From positions 1,999 through 65,998 of the forward strand of contig JALHSZ010000006.1 of the NCBI GenBank assembly GCA_022865485.1: 64,000 nucleotides of DNA, written 5' to 3'. Within the stretch, counting starts at the first letter, position 1. Each line of letters begins with the position of its first letter. Both the position numbers and the translations under genes were made by a program. The notes below the pieces were generated by a model. The model saw only the letters and a list, made by a program, of their open reading frames with translations. It ran no database searches and was not told the origin of the DNA. Shown piece by piece: positions 32,872 to 42,640 of the stretch. This DNA comes from Dehalococcoidales bacterium (GTDB lineage: Bacteria > Chloroflexota > Dehalococcoidia > Dehalococcoidales > BS750m-G39).

Positions 32872-32944
32872 TGTCATTCCCGCGTTCCACTTTGTCATTC
32901 CCGCCCCGTATCTGTGTACGGGGTAAACTCCGGCGGGAATCCAG
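32872..32944 (+). repeat. GTCATTCCCGC-type REP cluster
   Basis: Two GTCATTCCCGC starts; inner CCCCGTA/TACGGGG hairpin; ends GCGGGAATCCAG. Confidence 0.85.
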
Positions 32945-32949
32945 CCTCT

Positions 32950-33873
32950 CTACACCCCCAACGTTTTTATCAGCTCCCGCACTCCCTCGGCTGAGCTATG
33001 CAGGGCTTGCTTTTCCTCGGCGCTCAGCTCCAGCTCTATTATCTCCGCGATGCCCTTTTTGCCCAGCTTTACGGGCACGCCGATGACGCTGTCCTTTATC
33101 CCGTATTCCCCGTCGAGGCAGGCGGCGCAGGGCAGGACCTCTTTCTTGTCCAAGACGATAGCCTCGGCCATGCGGGCGATGCCCGCCGAAGGCGCGTAGA
33201 AGGCGCTGCCCGTCTTGAGCAGGTCGACGATTTCCCTCCCCCCGTGTATGGTGCGCTCCACCAGCCTATCAATAGTTTCTTTGGGCAAAAGCTCGGTAAG
33301 CGGCTTGCCCCTGACCGTGGTCAGGCGGGGGATGACCACCATGTTCAGCCCGTGCGCCCCCAGCACCCAGGCGGAGACATCTTTGGGCGAAACCTTGAGC
33401 TCGGCGGCGACGAAGGTGCTCAGTCGGGCGGAATCGAGCACCCCCGACATGCCGACGACGCGCTGGCGGGGGAACCTACTGGCTCTGACGGCAAGGTAGG
33501 TCATGGCGTCTAAGGGGTTGCTGACCATGAGGATGATAGACTGCGGCGAATATTTTACGATGTTAGCGATGACCCCGCTGACGATTTTAGTGTTGGCCAG
33601 CAGCAGCTCATCGCGGGTCATGCCCGGTTTGCGGAAGAGCCCCGCGGTGACGATGACCAGCTCGGAGTCGGCGATATCCTTGTAGTCGCTGGTGCCGGTG
33701 AGCCTTATCTCGGCGTTGAGGACGGGCGCCGACTGCAATATATCCAGCGCCTTACCCGGCGCCAGCCCTTCGACGATATCGAGCAGGACGACCTCGGCGT
33801 AGCCCCGCTCGACGATGCGCTGGGCACTAGCCGCGCCCACATTCCCCGCCCCGATAATGCTGATCTTGGCTAT
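32950..33873 (-). CDS. mdh: Malate dehydrogenase (LDH-like), apparent ATA start
   Basis: AKISIIGAGNVG Rossmann motif lies upstream of the track's GTG; RKPGM.R, LDSAR, GSAFYAP. Confidence 0.92.
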   Translation of the reverse strand: MAKISIIGAGNVGAASAQRIVERGYAEVVLLDIVEGLAPGKALDILQSAPVLNAEIRLTGTSDYKDIADSELVIVTAGLFRKPGMTRDELLLANTKIVSGVIANIVKYSPQSIILMVSNPLDAMTYLAVRASRFPRQRVVGMSGVLDSARLSTFVAAELKVSPKDVSAWVLGAHGLNMVVIPRLTTVRGKPLTELLPKETIDRLVERTIHGGREIVDLLKTGSAFYAPSAGIARMAEAIVLDKKEVLPCAACLDGEYGIKDSVIGVPVKLGKKGIAEIIELELSAEEKQALHSSAEGVRELIKTLGV

Positions 33874-34952
33874 TTTGCTTCCCTCATCTTTTTGATTACC
33901 GCGTCGGCGACCTGCGAGGTGCCCACGGACTCGGCGCCGTTGGGCTTCATGTCGTAGGTGACATCCTTACCCTCGGCGATAACGGCGGCGATGGCATTCT
34001 CCAGCCTGTCGGCGGCTTCCTTCTCGTCGAGGTGCCTTAGCATCATCACCCCGGAAAGCATCATGGACATCGGGTTCACCTTATTCAGTCCCTTGTATTT
34101 GGGGGCGCTGCCGTGGGTGGCTTCGAAGATAGCCATGTCGTCGCCCAAGTTGGCGCCCGGTGCCAGCCCCAGCCCCCCCACCAGCCCCGCGCAGAGGTCG
34201 GAGATAAGGTCGCCGTAGAGGTTGGGCAGCACCAGCACGTCGAACTGCTGCGGCCTCTTCACCAGCTGCATGCAGAGGTTGTCCACGATTCTATCCTCGA
34301 ACTCGATGTCGGGGTATTCCGGGGCAACTTCTCTGGCGGCGGCTAAAAACAGCCCGTCGGAAAACTTCATGATGTTGGCTTTGTGGGCGGCGGTTACCCT
34401 TTTTCGCTTATTGGCCCGGGCGTATTCGAAGGCGAATTTGACGATGCGGCGGCTGGCGGTCTCCGAGATGACCTTCAGGCTGACGCCGGAATCCTCCCTG
34501 ACCTCGCTGCCGGTGGCTTCGGCGACCAGCTGCCGCAGTCGGGCTGTCTCCGGCTTGTTCTTCTCGAACTCGATGCCCGTGTAGAGGTCCTCGGTGTTCT
34601 CCCTGACCACGACGATATCGACATTCTTAAATACCGTCGGCGCGCCGGGGTATATCTTGCAGGGGCGCAGGCAGGCGTAGAGGTCCAGCTTCTTGCGCAG
34701 GGCGACGTTGACGCTGCGGAAGCCCGCGCCGATGGGGGTGGTCACCGGCCCCTTGATGGCGACGCGGTTCTTCCTGATGGAAGCCAGCGTGGCTTCGGGC
34801 AGGACCGCCCCGAATTTCTCCAGGGCTTCGGCGCCGGCATAGACTATCTCCCAGTGGAAGCGGGCGCCGCTGGCTTCGAGGACCCGTATCGTGGCCTCGC
34901 TGACCTCAGGCCCTATCCCGTCGCCGGGGATAAGGGTGACATTGTGAACCAT
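33870..34952 (-). CDS. icd: Isocitrate/isopropylmalate dehydrogenase family, probably isocitrate dehydrogenase
   Basis: IPGDGIGPE, RSVNV.LR, RENTE, HKANIMK..DG, NLYGD..SD, HGSAP; TCA-gene context. Confidence 0.85.
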   Translation of the reverse strand: MVHNVTLIPGDGIGPEVSEATIRVLEASGARFHWEIVYAGAEALEKFGAVLPEATLASIRKNRVAIKGPVTTPIGAGFRSVNVALRKKLDLYACLRPCKIYPGAPTVFKNVDIVVVRENTEDLYTGIEFEKNKPETARLRQLVAEATGSEVREDSGVSLKVISETASRRIVKFAFEYARANKRKRVTAAHKANIMKFSDGLFLAAAREVAPEYPDIEFEDRIVDNLCMQLVKRPQQFDVLVLPNLYGDLISDLCAGLVGGLGLAPGANLGDDMAIFEATHGSAPKYKGLNKVNPMSMMLSGVMMLRHLDEKEAADRLENAIAAVIAEGKDVTYDMKPNGAESVGTSQVADAVIKKMREAK

Positions 34953-34961
34953 CGTTATTCC

Positions 34962-35456
34962 TTAAAGCTTAAAGTCGCCGTGCTTCCGGATGTAGGGGAG
35001 AAGCCCCCCCTCCCCCAGAATCTTGAGCATGACCTCGGGCAGCTTGCCGAAGGTGAGCTGCTGGCCGTTGGTTTTATCATAGACGGTGCCCTTGGCCAGG
35101 TCGACCTCCAGCTCGTCGCCGTCGTTAATGCCGTCGGTATCACATATTAACACCGGCAGCCCCAGATTGATAGCGTTCCGGAAGAAGATACGGGCGACCG
35201 ACTTGGCCAGTACCGCGCTCACCCCGGCCATCTTTATCACTAATGGGGCGTGCTCGCGGCTGGAGCCGAGCCCGAAATTGCTGCCGGCGACGATAAAGTC
35301 CCCTTTCTTTACCCGGGAGGCGAAGGTCGGGTCGGCGTCCTCAAGGACGTGCTTGGCCAGTTCGGGCAGGTTGCTCCTGAGGGGGGCAAAGCGACCCGGT
35401 ATGATGTGGTCGGTGGAGATGTTGTCGCCGAATTTAAAGGCTCGTCCTTTAAGCAC
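34962..35456 (-). CDS. Aconitase/IPM-isomerase family, small subunit
   Basis: GDNISTD.IIP, NFG.GSSREHA, RIF.RN..N.G. Confidence 0.92.
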   Translation of the reverse strand: MLKGRAFKFGDNISTDHIIPGRFAPLRSNLPELAKHVLEDADPTFASRVKKGDFIVAGSNFGLGSSREHAPLVIKMAGVSAVLAKSVARIFFRNAINLGLPVLICDTDGINDGDELEVDLAKGTVYDKTNGQQLTFGKLPEVMLKILGEGGLLPYIRKHGDFKL

Positions 35457-36708
35457 CTGTCACCTCTCTGGGGTCGCTAATCTCGCCCTTAATGGCGGAA
35501 GCCGCCGCCGTAGCCGGGCTGCCCAGGTAAATAAAGGCTTCGGGATTGCCCATCCGCCCCTTGAAGTTGCGGTTGGCGGTGGACAGGCACGACTCCCCGT
35601 CGGCGAGCACCCCCTGGTGCAGTCCCAGGCAGGCGCCGCAGCCCGGGGGCAGGATAACCGCCCCCGCCTCCACCAGCGTCTTGATGTAGCCCGCGGCGAT
35701 AGCCTCCAGCAAAACCTGGGGCGAAGCCGGGGCAACGATGAGCCGGGTATCGGGGTGGTGTTTTTTGCCCTTCAGGATATTGGCGGCTATAGCCAGGTCT
35801 TCCAGCCGCCCGTTGGTGCAGGTGCCGATAAACACCTGCTCAATTTTAGTCCCCTTTAGCTCTTTAGCCGGGACGGTGTTATCCACCTGGTGGGGCTTGG
35901 CCACCATCGGCTCGATAGCCCCCAAATTTATGGCAATCGTCTTTTCGTAGCTGGCGTCTTTATCGGGCGAAAGAGGCTGGAAATCTTTTTCCCGCCCCTG
36001 CGCCTTCAGGTATTCCTGCGTAACCTTATCCGAGGGGAAAAGCCCCACCTTGGCTCCCGCCTCCACCGCCATGTTGGCCACGGTGAACCTGTCGGACATG
36101 CTCAGGTTTTTCAACCCCTCCCCCCCGAACTCCAGCGCCTTGTAGGTTGCCCCGTCGGCGCCGATAGAGCCGATAAGGTGCAGCACTAAATCTTTAGCCC
36201 CGACGCCGGGGCGGAACTTCCCCCTGAGATTTATCTTGATGCTCTTGGGCACCCTCAGCCAGGTCTTGCCCAGGGCGAAGACTATGGCGACATCCGAGGA
36301 GCCCATGCCCGTGGCGAAAGCCCCCAGCGCCCCCGCGGTCACGGTGTGGGAATCGGCCCCGACGACGACGTCCCCCGGCTTAGCCAGGGCTTCGGCGACC
36401 ACCTGGTGGCAGACGCCGCTGCCGACGTCGTATTTCAGGCAGCCCGTTTCTTTAGCGAACTGCCTTAAAAGCTGGTGGTCGTTGGAAAGCTGCCGGTTGG
36501 GGCTGGGCGAGGCGTGGTCGAAAAACAGGGCCGTCTTTTTGGGGTCGGCCAGCCGCTGAAATTTGCCGGCCTGGAACTGCCTTACCGTCAGCGGCCCCGT
36601 GGTGTCCTGCACGAAGGCCAGGTCCACGCGGGATATGACGATATTGCCGGCACAGGCATCGCCCGCCGGCTTTTGCGTCAGAATCTTCTCAGCTAATGTT
36701 TTAGCCAC
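35449..36708 (-). CDS. Aconitase/IPM-isomerase family, large subunit (archaeal HacA/DmdA type)
   Basis: GVCHQ, GADSHT, IGTCTNGR, CGACLG, NRNF.GRMG. Confidence 0.92.
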   Translation of the reverse strand: MAKTLAEKILTQKPAGDACAGNIVISRVDLAFVQDTTGPLTVRQFQAGKFQRLADPKKTALFFDHASPSPNRQLSNDHQLLRQFAKETGCLKYDVGSGVCHQVVAEALAKPGDVVVGADSHTVTAGALGAFATGMGSSDVAIVFALGKTWLRVPKSIKINLRGKFRPGVGAKDLVLHLIGSIGADGATYKALEFGGEGLKNLSMSDRFTVANMAVEAGAKVGLFPSDKVTQEYLKAQGREKDFQPLSPDKDASYEKTIAINLGAIEPMVAKPHQVDNTVPAKELKGTKIEQVFIGTCTNGRLEDLAIAANILKGKKHHPDTRLIVAPASPQVLLEAIAAGYIKTLVEAGAVILPPGCGACLGLHQGVLADGESCLSTANRNFKGRMGNPEAFIYLGSPATAAASAIKGEISDPREVTGA

Positions 36709-36722
36709 GTGAGCCTGTATCT

Positions 36723-38645
36723 CTAGCCGATTACCGCCAGTACCTCGTCTCTGGCCACCATGTCGCCATCGGCAAAGTTTATGGCCTTGACCTTCCCCCC
36801 CACCGGGGTGGTTATGGCGTTAGCCATCTTCATCGCTTCCAGGATGAGCACCACGTCGTTAGCCTTGACGGTGTCGCCCACCTTTACCTCGTAGCGTATT
36901 ATGATGCCGGGCATGGGGGCGGTAATCACCGTCTCGCCGGCTTTGGGGAGCGGTGCTTGGGGCTCGGCTTTCTTTACCTCGGGAGCCCTGGCGGCGGGCC
37001 TGGATGACGGAGCCGCTACCGGCCGTGTTGGCGGTGCCGCGGCTGGCGCCGCTGTCAGCGGCGCGTCAGTCGCTTCCACGCCGACGCTGTAGACCTCGTC
37101 GCCGACATAGACCTTAAAGGTCCTGACGCCTGTCCCTGCCGGTTGAACGTCTCGCTCGGTCAGCTTGCCCGCCCTTACCTTGGCGATAAGCTCGTCCTCG
37201 CGCTTTATATCCTCCAGCGTCTTGCCCTTGGCATCCGCTGGCGGCGCCTCCAGCCCGTATTTCCAGCGCAAAAAGCGCATCCCCGTGGTGGGGTATAAGG
37301 CATAGATGAGCACATCGCCGATATCCTTGGCGATGCCCTTGGTCGCCTCTTTAGCCTTCTCCAGCTCCGGCTCCAGCATGTCGGCGGCGCGGCAGGTGAT
37401 GGGCTTCTCCCCCCGCGGGTAGCCCTTGAGGGCCAGCTTCTGCACCTTGGGGTCGATGGGGGCGGGGGGCTTGCCGTAGAGCCCGTAGCAGTAGTCCTTT
37501 ATCTGGTCGGAAATCATCTTGTAGCGCCCGAAGAGGACGTTCTGCACCGCCTGGATGCCCACAATCTGGCTGGTGGGCGTCACCAGCGGCGGGTAGCCCA
37601 GCTCTTTTCGCACTCGCGGCAGCTCGGCATAGACCTCCTCGATTCTATCCAGCGCGCCTGCCTCTCTTAGTTGAGCCACCAGGTTGGTTATCATCCCCCC
37701 CGGCACCTGGTGCATCAATACGGCGGTGTCGATAATGGACATCTTGGTGGTGTCCAGGAAGTCGCGGTATTTGGGGGCGATGGACTCGAAATACTGCCCC
37801 AGTTTCAGGAGATGGGCCAGGTCGAGCCCGGTATCCCGGTCCGTCCCCTGTAGGGCGACCACGATGGGCTCCACGGCGGGGTGGGAAGAGCGCAGGGCGA
37901 AGGGGGCTAAAGCGGTATCGATAATATCCACCCCGGCCTCGATAGCCTTGAGACAGCTCATGGAAGCCATACCGCTGGTGTAGTGGGTGTGCAGGTGCAC
38001 GGGTATCTTTATCGCCTTTTTCAAGGCTGTAATCAGCTTGAAGGAGTCGTCGGGCGAAAGCAGCCCGGCCATGTCCTTGATGCAGAGGCTGTCGGCGCCC
38101 ATCTTCTCCAGGATAATCGCTTTGTTGACATAATAATCAATGTTATAGACCGGCCCCCCCAGCTTGGGCTCGGTCAGCGAATAGGAAAGCGAAAGCTGGG
38201 CGTGCTTACCGCACTCTTTGATCGCCTTGAGGCTGGTCTCGAAGTTGCGCTCGTCGTTGACGGCGTCAAACACCCGGAAGATATCTATCCCCACCTCGGC
38301 GGCGTGGTGGACGAAAGCGGTAACCACGTCGTCGGCGTAGTTGCGGTAGCCCACCAGGTTCTGCCCCCGCAAAAGCATCTGCAGGGGAGTATCGGGCATA
38401 AGTTTCTTTAAGATTCTCGGTCTCTCCCAGGGGTCCTCGTTCAAGAAACGGGTGGGCACATCGAAAGTAGCCCCGCCCCACACCTCCATGGAATAATAGC
38501 CCGTCTTGTTCATCTCGGGGGCGATTTCGGCCATGTCCTGGGTTATCATCCTCGTCGCCAGCGAGGACTGGTGTCCGTCGCGGAGGGTAACGTCGGTTAT
38601 CTTCAACGGGTTTCTGGCGGCTGTCTTTTTCTTTACCGTCGGCAT
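36723..38645 (-). CDS. Pyruvate carboxyltransferase fused to biotin carrier (PycB/OadA/5S-1.3S type)
   Basis: LRDGHQS, E.WGGATFD, IKDMAG, HLHTH, LVTPTSQ, C-terminal EAMKM. Confidence 0.93.
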   Translation of the reverse strand: MPTVKKKTAARNPLKITDVTLRDGHQSSLATRMITQDMAEIAPEMNKTGYYSMEVWGGATFDVPTRFLNEDPWERPRILKKLMPDTPLQMLLRGQNLVGYRNYADDVVTAFVHHAAEVGIDIFRVFDAVNDERNFETSLKAIKECGKHAQLSLSYSLTEPKLGGPVYNIDYYVNKAIILEKMGADSLCIKDMAGLLSPDDSFKLITALKKAIKIPVHLHTHYTSGMASMSCLKAIEAGVDIIDTALAPFALRSSHPAVEPIVVALQGTDRDTGLDLAHLLKLGQYFESIAPKYRDFLDTTKMSIIDTAVLMHQVPGGMITNLVAQLREAGALDRIEEVYAELPRVRKELGYPPLVTPTSQIVGIQAVQNVLFGRYKMISDQIKDYCYGLYGKPPAPIDPKVQKLALKGYPRGEKPITCRAADMLEPELEKAKEATKGIAKDIGDVLIYALYPTTGMRFLRWKYGLEAPPADAKGKTLEDIKREDELIAKVRAGKLTERDVQPAGTGVRTFKVYVGDEVYSVGVEATDAPLTAAPAAAPPTRPVAAPSSRPAARAPEVKKAEPQAPLPKAGETVITAPMPGIIIRYEVKVGDTVKANDVVLILEAMKMANAITTPVGGKVKAINFADGDMVARDEVLAVIG

Positions 38646-38729
38646 TATTTACTCCTCTCTCCGGGTATTTTGCCCCTTGCTGGCCCTGGTTTCGGGCTTG
38701 CCCCGGGGTAGGGGGTAGCTGATTTTCTC

Positions 38730-40277
38730 CTAAAGCGGGATGTTCCCGTGTTTCTTCTTGGGACGGGTGTCGTCCCCTCGGTTCGGCAACGACTCCAGCG
38801 CCCTGATTAGCTTGGGTCGGGTCACCCTGGGGTCGATGACGTTATCGATATAACCCCGGGCGGCCGCCTGGTAGGGGTTAGCGAAACTCTCCTTGTATTG
38901 CGCCACCAGCTCCTGCCGGGTCTGCTCGCCGTCCTTGGCTTTGGCGATAGCCTCCCGGTAGATGATATTGACCGCCCCCTCCGGCCCCATCACGGCGATT
39001 TCCGCCGTCGGCCAGGCGTAGTTAATGTCGCCCCGCAGGTGCTTGGAGCTCATCACGATGTAAGCCCCCCCGTAGGCTTTGCGGGTAATCACGGTCAACT
39101 TGGGCACGGTGGCTTCGGCGTAGGCGTAGATAAACTTGGCGCCGTGCCGGATGATGCCCCCCTGCTCCTCCCTGGGCCCGGGCATAAAGCCGGGCACATC
39201 GACAAAGCTCACCAGCGGTATGTTAAAGGCGTCGCAGAAGCGGACGAACCTGGCCCCCTTGACCGAGGCGTTGATATCGATAATCCCGGCCATGTGGGCC
39301 GGCTGCTGGGCGACGATGCCCACCGCCTTGCCGTTGAGGCGGGCAAAGCCGACGATAAGATTAGGGGCAAAGCTCTGGTGCACCTCCATAAAGTCGCCGT
39401 TATCGAAGACGCTGGAGATTATCCGCTTCATATCGTAGGCCTGGCTCGACTCGTCGGGGATGATGTTGAGCAGGTCTTCGTCCGTCCTCTCCGGGTCGTC
39501 CGTTGGTTTTAACTCCGGCGGCGGCTCCTTATAGCTCTGGGGCAGGAAGCCCAGCAGGCGCCGCACGCTCTTCAGGCAGTCGGGCTCGTTATCCGAAATA
39601 AAGTGGGCCACCCCGCTCTTCTCGGCATGGGTCTTGGCTCCCCCCAGTTCCTCGTGGGTTATATCGATGCTGATGACCGCCTTGACCACGTCGGGCCCCG
39701 TGATGTACATCTGGCTGGTGCCCTTGACCATGAAGACGAAATCGGTGATGGCCGGCGAATAGACGGCTCCCCCCGCCGAAGGCCCCATCACCACCGACAA
39801 TTGCGGGACCACCCCTGAATATAGACTATTGCGCAGCAGTATCTCGCCGACGCCGCAGAGGCTCATCACCCCTTCCTGGATGCGGGCGCCCCCCGAGTCC
39901 CAGATGGCGATTATAGGCGCCCCGTTCTTAACGGCCAGGTCCATCACCTTGCAGACCTTCTGCGCCGATACCTCGGAAATCGTCCCCCCCAGCACGGTGA
40001 AGTCCTGCGCGTAGACGAAAACAGTTCTGCCGTCAATCCTGCCGAAGCCGGTGACGACGGCGTCGCCCGGGTATTGCTTATCGGCCAGCCCGAATTCGGT
40101 GGCGCGGTGGGTAACAAACGGGTCCAGCTCTTCGAAGCTGCCCTTGTCGAGGAGGAGGTCGATCCTCTCCCTGGCGGTCAGCTTACCCTTGTCGTGCTGC
40201 TGCTGGATACGCTTTTCCCCGCCCCCCGCCCTGGCTTTTTTCTCCAGCTCGGATAGTTTGGCCAGCTTGTCCTTCAT
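38730..40277 (-). CDS. Acyl-CoA carboxyltransferase (PccB/MmdA/12S type)
   Basis: [42 protein letters not shown]; probable ATG at 40277. Confidence 0.93.
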   Translation of the reverse strand: MKDKLAKLSELEKKARAGGGEKRIQQQHDKGKLTARERIDLLLDKGSFEELDPFVTHRATEFGLADKQYPGDAVVTGFGRIDGRTVFVYAQDFTVLGGTISEVSAQKVCKVMDLAVKNGAPIIAIWDSGGARIQEGVMSLCGVGEILLRNSLYSGVVPQLSVVMGPSAGGAVYSPAITDFVFMVKGTSQMYITGPDVVKAVISIDITHEELGGAKTHAEKSGVAHFISDNEPDCLKSVRRLLGFLPQSYKEPPPELKPTDDPERTDEDLLNIIPDESSQAYDMKRIISSVFDNGDFMEVHQSFAPNLIVGFARLNGKAVGIVAQQPAHMAGIIDINASVKGARFVRFCDAFNIPLVSFVDVPGFMPGPREEQGGIIRHGAKFIYAYAEATVPKLTVITRKAYGGAYIVMSSKHLRGDINYAWPTAEIAVMGPEGAVNIIYREAIAKAKDGEQTRQELVAQYKESFANPYQAAARGYIDNVIDPRVTRPKLIRALESLPNRGDDTRPKKKHGNIPL

Positions 40278-40412
40278 CGCAATCTGGGCTCCAAATCGGT
40301 AAGAAAATTGGGGTGTAATCGTCAATAATCATATCATAATGCCCAAAAGATAGGCAAGCCCATCTGGCAAACGTTTACCGCCTCCCGCCCCAGGTATTTC
40401 TTCCCACCCACC

Positions 40413-40587
40413 TGTCATTGCGAGGAAGTCCTTCCGCTGAAGGACGACGAAGCAATCTCTCTGTATATTGTCATTCCCGCTCCCCATTGTCATTCCCGCT
40501 CCCCATTGTCATTCCCGCGAAGGCGGGAATCCAGTCCCCCTTTTCCCTTACTGTCATTCTGAGGGAGCGAAGCGACCGAAGAATCTC
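40413..40587 (+). repeat. Cluster of GTCA-headed REP-like palindromes with a tandem 19-mer
   Basis: GTCATTGCGAG unit; (TTGTCATTCCCGCTCCCCA)x2 leading into GTCATTCCCGCGAAGGCGGGAATCCAG; GTCATTCTGAG...GAAGAATCTC unit. Confidence 0.88.
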
Positions 40588-40645
40588 CCCCTCCATCTAG
40601 TCACCCCGCCCAAAGAGTGCTAAAATATAAGCGGGGTTTTTGGTT

Positions 40646-41527
40646 ATGGAAAGCCAGTCGGTTTTAGCCACCACTTGCGGCGAGCTGGAGCTACGCTGGG
40701 GCGAGCGCACCTATGTCATGGGCATCCTCAACGTCACCCCCGATTCCTTCTCCGGTGACGGCGTTGGCTACGATGTCAAGGCCGCCGTGGCGCGGGCGAA
40801 ACAGCTGGCGGAAGAAGGCGCTGACATTATCGACATCGGCGGCGAGTCCACCCGCCCCGCCTCCCCGCCCGTCTCGGCGGAAGAAGAGCTGCGCCGCGTT
40901 ATTCCCGTCATCGAAAGGCTGGCGGGCGAGCTCTCCGTGCCGATGAGCATCGACACCACCAAGTATGAGGTGGCGCGGCGGGCGCTGGCAGCGGGGGCGA
41001 GAATGCTCAACGACCAGTGGGGCTTAAAAGGCGACCCCCGCCTGGCCGAGCTGGCGGTTGAGTGGCGGGTCCCCATCGTCCTGATGAGCAACCAGCGGGA
41101 CAAGGGCGGCTACGCCGCCGCTCTCAAGCGCGACACCGCCGACTATGCCGACCCCATCACCGAGATAATAAACTCCCTCAAGGGGAGTTTGAAGATAGCC
41201 GCCGAAGCGGGCGTGCCCGGGGAAAACATCATCATCGACCCCGGCATCGGCTTCGGCAAGAGCTGGCAGCACGACCTGGAAATAATCCGCCGCCTGGGCG
41301 AGCTTACCGGGCTGGGCAAGCCCATTCTGCTCGGCCCCTCGGGCAAGTCCTTCATCGGCAGGGTGCTCGACCTTCCCGTCAGTGAGCGCCTTCAGGGCAC
41401 CGCCGCCGCCGTGGCTATCGGCATCGCTCACGGAGCCGACATGGTGCGCGTTCACGATGTCCGGCAAATCGTCCGGGTCTGCCGTATGAGCGATGCTATC
41501 ATTCGAAGGAGGCAAATTGGCAACTGA
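40646..41527 (+). CDS. folP: Dihydropteroate synthase
   Basis: MGILNVTPDSFS, DIGGESTRP, DPGIGFGK, VRVHDV. Confidence 0.97.
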   Translation: MESQSVLATTCGELELRWGERTYVMGILNVTPDSFSGDGVGYDVKAAVARAKQLAEEGADIIDIGGESTRPASPPVSAEEELRRVIPVIERLAGELSVPMSIDTTKYEVARRALAAGARMLNDQWGLKGDPRLAELAVEWRVPIVLMSNQRDKGGYAAALKRDTADYADPITEIINSLKGSLKIAAEAGVPGENIIIDPGIGFGKSWQHDLEIIRRLGELTGLGKPILLGPSGKSFIGRVLDLPVSERLQGTAAAVAIGIAHGADMVRVHDVRQIVRVCRMSDAIIRRRQIGN

Positions 41528-42014
41528 AGCGGTAACCGCCTATCTCGGCCTGGGCTCCAATCTGGGAGACCGCCAGGCCAATCTCGACCGGGCTCTGGAG
41601 TTTCTGGGGCAGAGGCTGCGGGTAAAAAAGATTTCCTCGATATACGACTCCGAGCCGGTGGGCAATATCGAGCAGCCCCGCTTTCTCAACCTGGTCTGTG
41701 AGATCGTCACCAATCTAACCCCGAAGGGGCTGCTGGCTCTGGCTAAGGGCATCGAGAACAAGCTGGGGCGTATAGGCGGCCACTCCGGTGCCCCCCGCAC
41801 CATAGATATCGATATCCTGCTCTACGGCGACGAGGTCATGGAGACCCCCGAGCTGACCGTCCCCCACCCCCGCATGGCCAAGCGCGCTTTCGTCCTCGTC
41901 CCCCTGGTGGAGATTGCCCCCGACGTGGTGCACCCCGTAACCGGCAAGACCGCCAAGGAACTGCTCAAGGCGGCCAAAGAGGTCCAGGGCGTCTTCAAGT
42001 GGGAGGGGGTCTAG
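41517..42014 (+). CDS. folK: HPPK
   Basis: LGLGSNLG, FLN, PRTIDIDIL, PHP.M..RAFVL.PL; TTG start after AAGGAGG. Confidence 0.96.
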   Translation: MATEAVTAYLGLGSNLGDRQANLDRALEFLGQRLRVKKISSIYDSEPVGNIEQPRFLNLVCEIVTNLTPKGLLALAKGIENKLGRIGGHSGAPRTIDIDILLYGDEVMETPELTVPHPRMAKRAFVLVPLVEIAPDVVHPVTGKTAKELLKAAKEVQGVFKWEGV

Positions 42015-42016
42015 GG

Positions 42017-42388
42017 GTGTACAAGATATCGGTGGAGCAGCACTTCGACGCCGCCCACGCCCTGCGCGGCTATAAGGGCAAGTGCGAGGCGTTGCACGGC
42101 CACCGCTTTAATGTGGTGGCTAAGATAGAGGCTTCGGGCCTTAACGATATCGGGCTGGCTTACGATTTTGTCGAGCTTAAAGCCCGTCTGGCTGAGATTG
42201 TTGAGAGGTTCGACCACACCAACCTCAACGATATTCCCCCCTTCGACAAAATAAACCCTTCCTCCGAGAATATCGCCTCGACTGTCTATAAGAAGCTGAA
42301 ATCCCGGCTGGCCGGGGAAAAGGTTTCACTGGCGGCGGTGGAGGTGTGGGAGTCCCCCCAGACCGGGGTAAGCTATAGCCCGGAGTAA
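42017..42388 (+). CDS. queD: 6-pyruvoyltetrahydropterin synthase family (PTPS-I/III motif)
   Basis: FDAAH.L..Y.GKCEALHGH, DH..LN, NPSSENIA, WESP. Confidence 0.9.
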   Translation: MYKISVEQHFDAAHALRGYKGKCEALHGHRFNVVAKIEASGLNDIGLAYDFVELKARLAEIVERFDHTNLNDIPPFDKINPSSENIASTVYKKLKSRLAGEKVSLAAVEVWESPQTGVSYSPE

Positions 42389-42438
42389 GATCAAGTTACG
42401 GTGGGGGAGGTTGAGGTTTTCTAAATTTGGGCTACCCC

Positions 42439-42466
42439 TTGTAAAAAAAAATTAAAGGTCTATAAT
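42439..42466 (+). promoter_or_regulatory. Promoter of the AT-rich two-gene cassette
   Basis: TTGTAA-16 nt-TATAAT, 9 nt before the ATG at 42476; no SD. Confidence 0.6.
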
Positions 42467-42475
42467 ACGTTTGTT

Positions 42476-42640
42476 ATGGCAAGACGAGATGAGTCAGGGA
42501 AACTAAAAGGACCTATTTCAAAAAGAGTTCAGGCATTAAATCCAGTTACTAAGAGATGGGTAAAAATTGATACTTCTACTGGAAAGATTATCGCCCATAA
42601 GAAGTCCTCTACCCCTTATAAAGGTGTAAGGAAGAAATGA
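42476..42640 (+). CDS. 54-aa basic protein (below the ORF-track cut-off)
   Basis: MARRDESGKLKGPISKRVQALNPVTKRWVKIDTSTGKIIAHKKSSTPYKGVRKK*; ATGA overlap with the next gene. Confidence 0.75.
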   Translation: MARRDESGKLKGPISKRVQALNPVTKRWVKIDTSTGKIIAHKKSSTPYKGVRKK

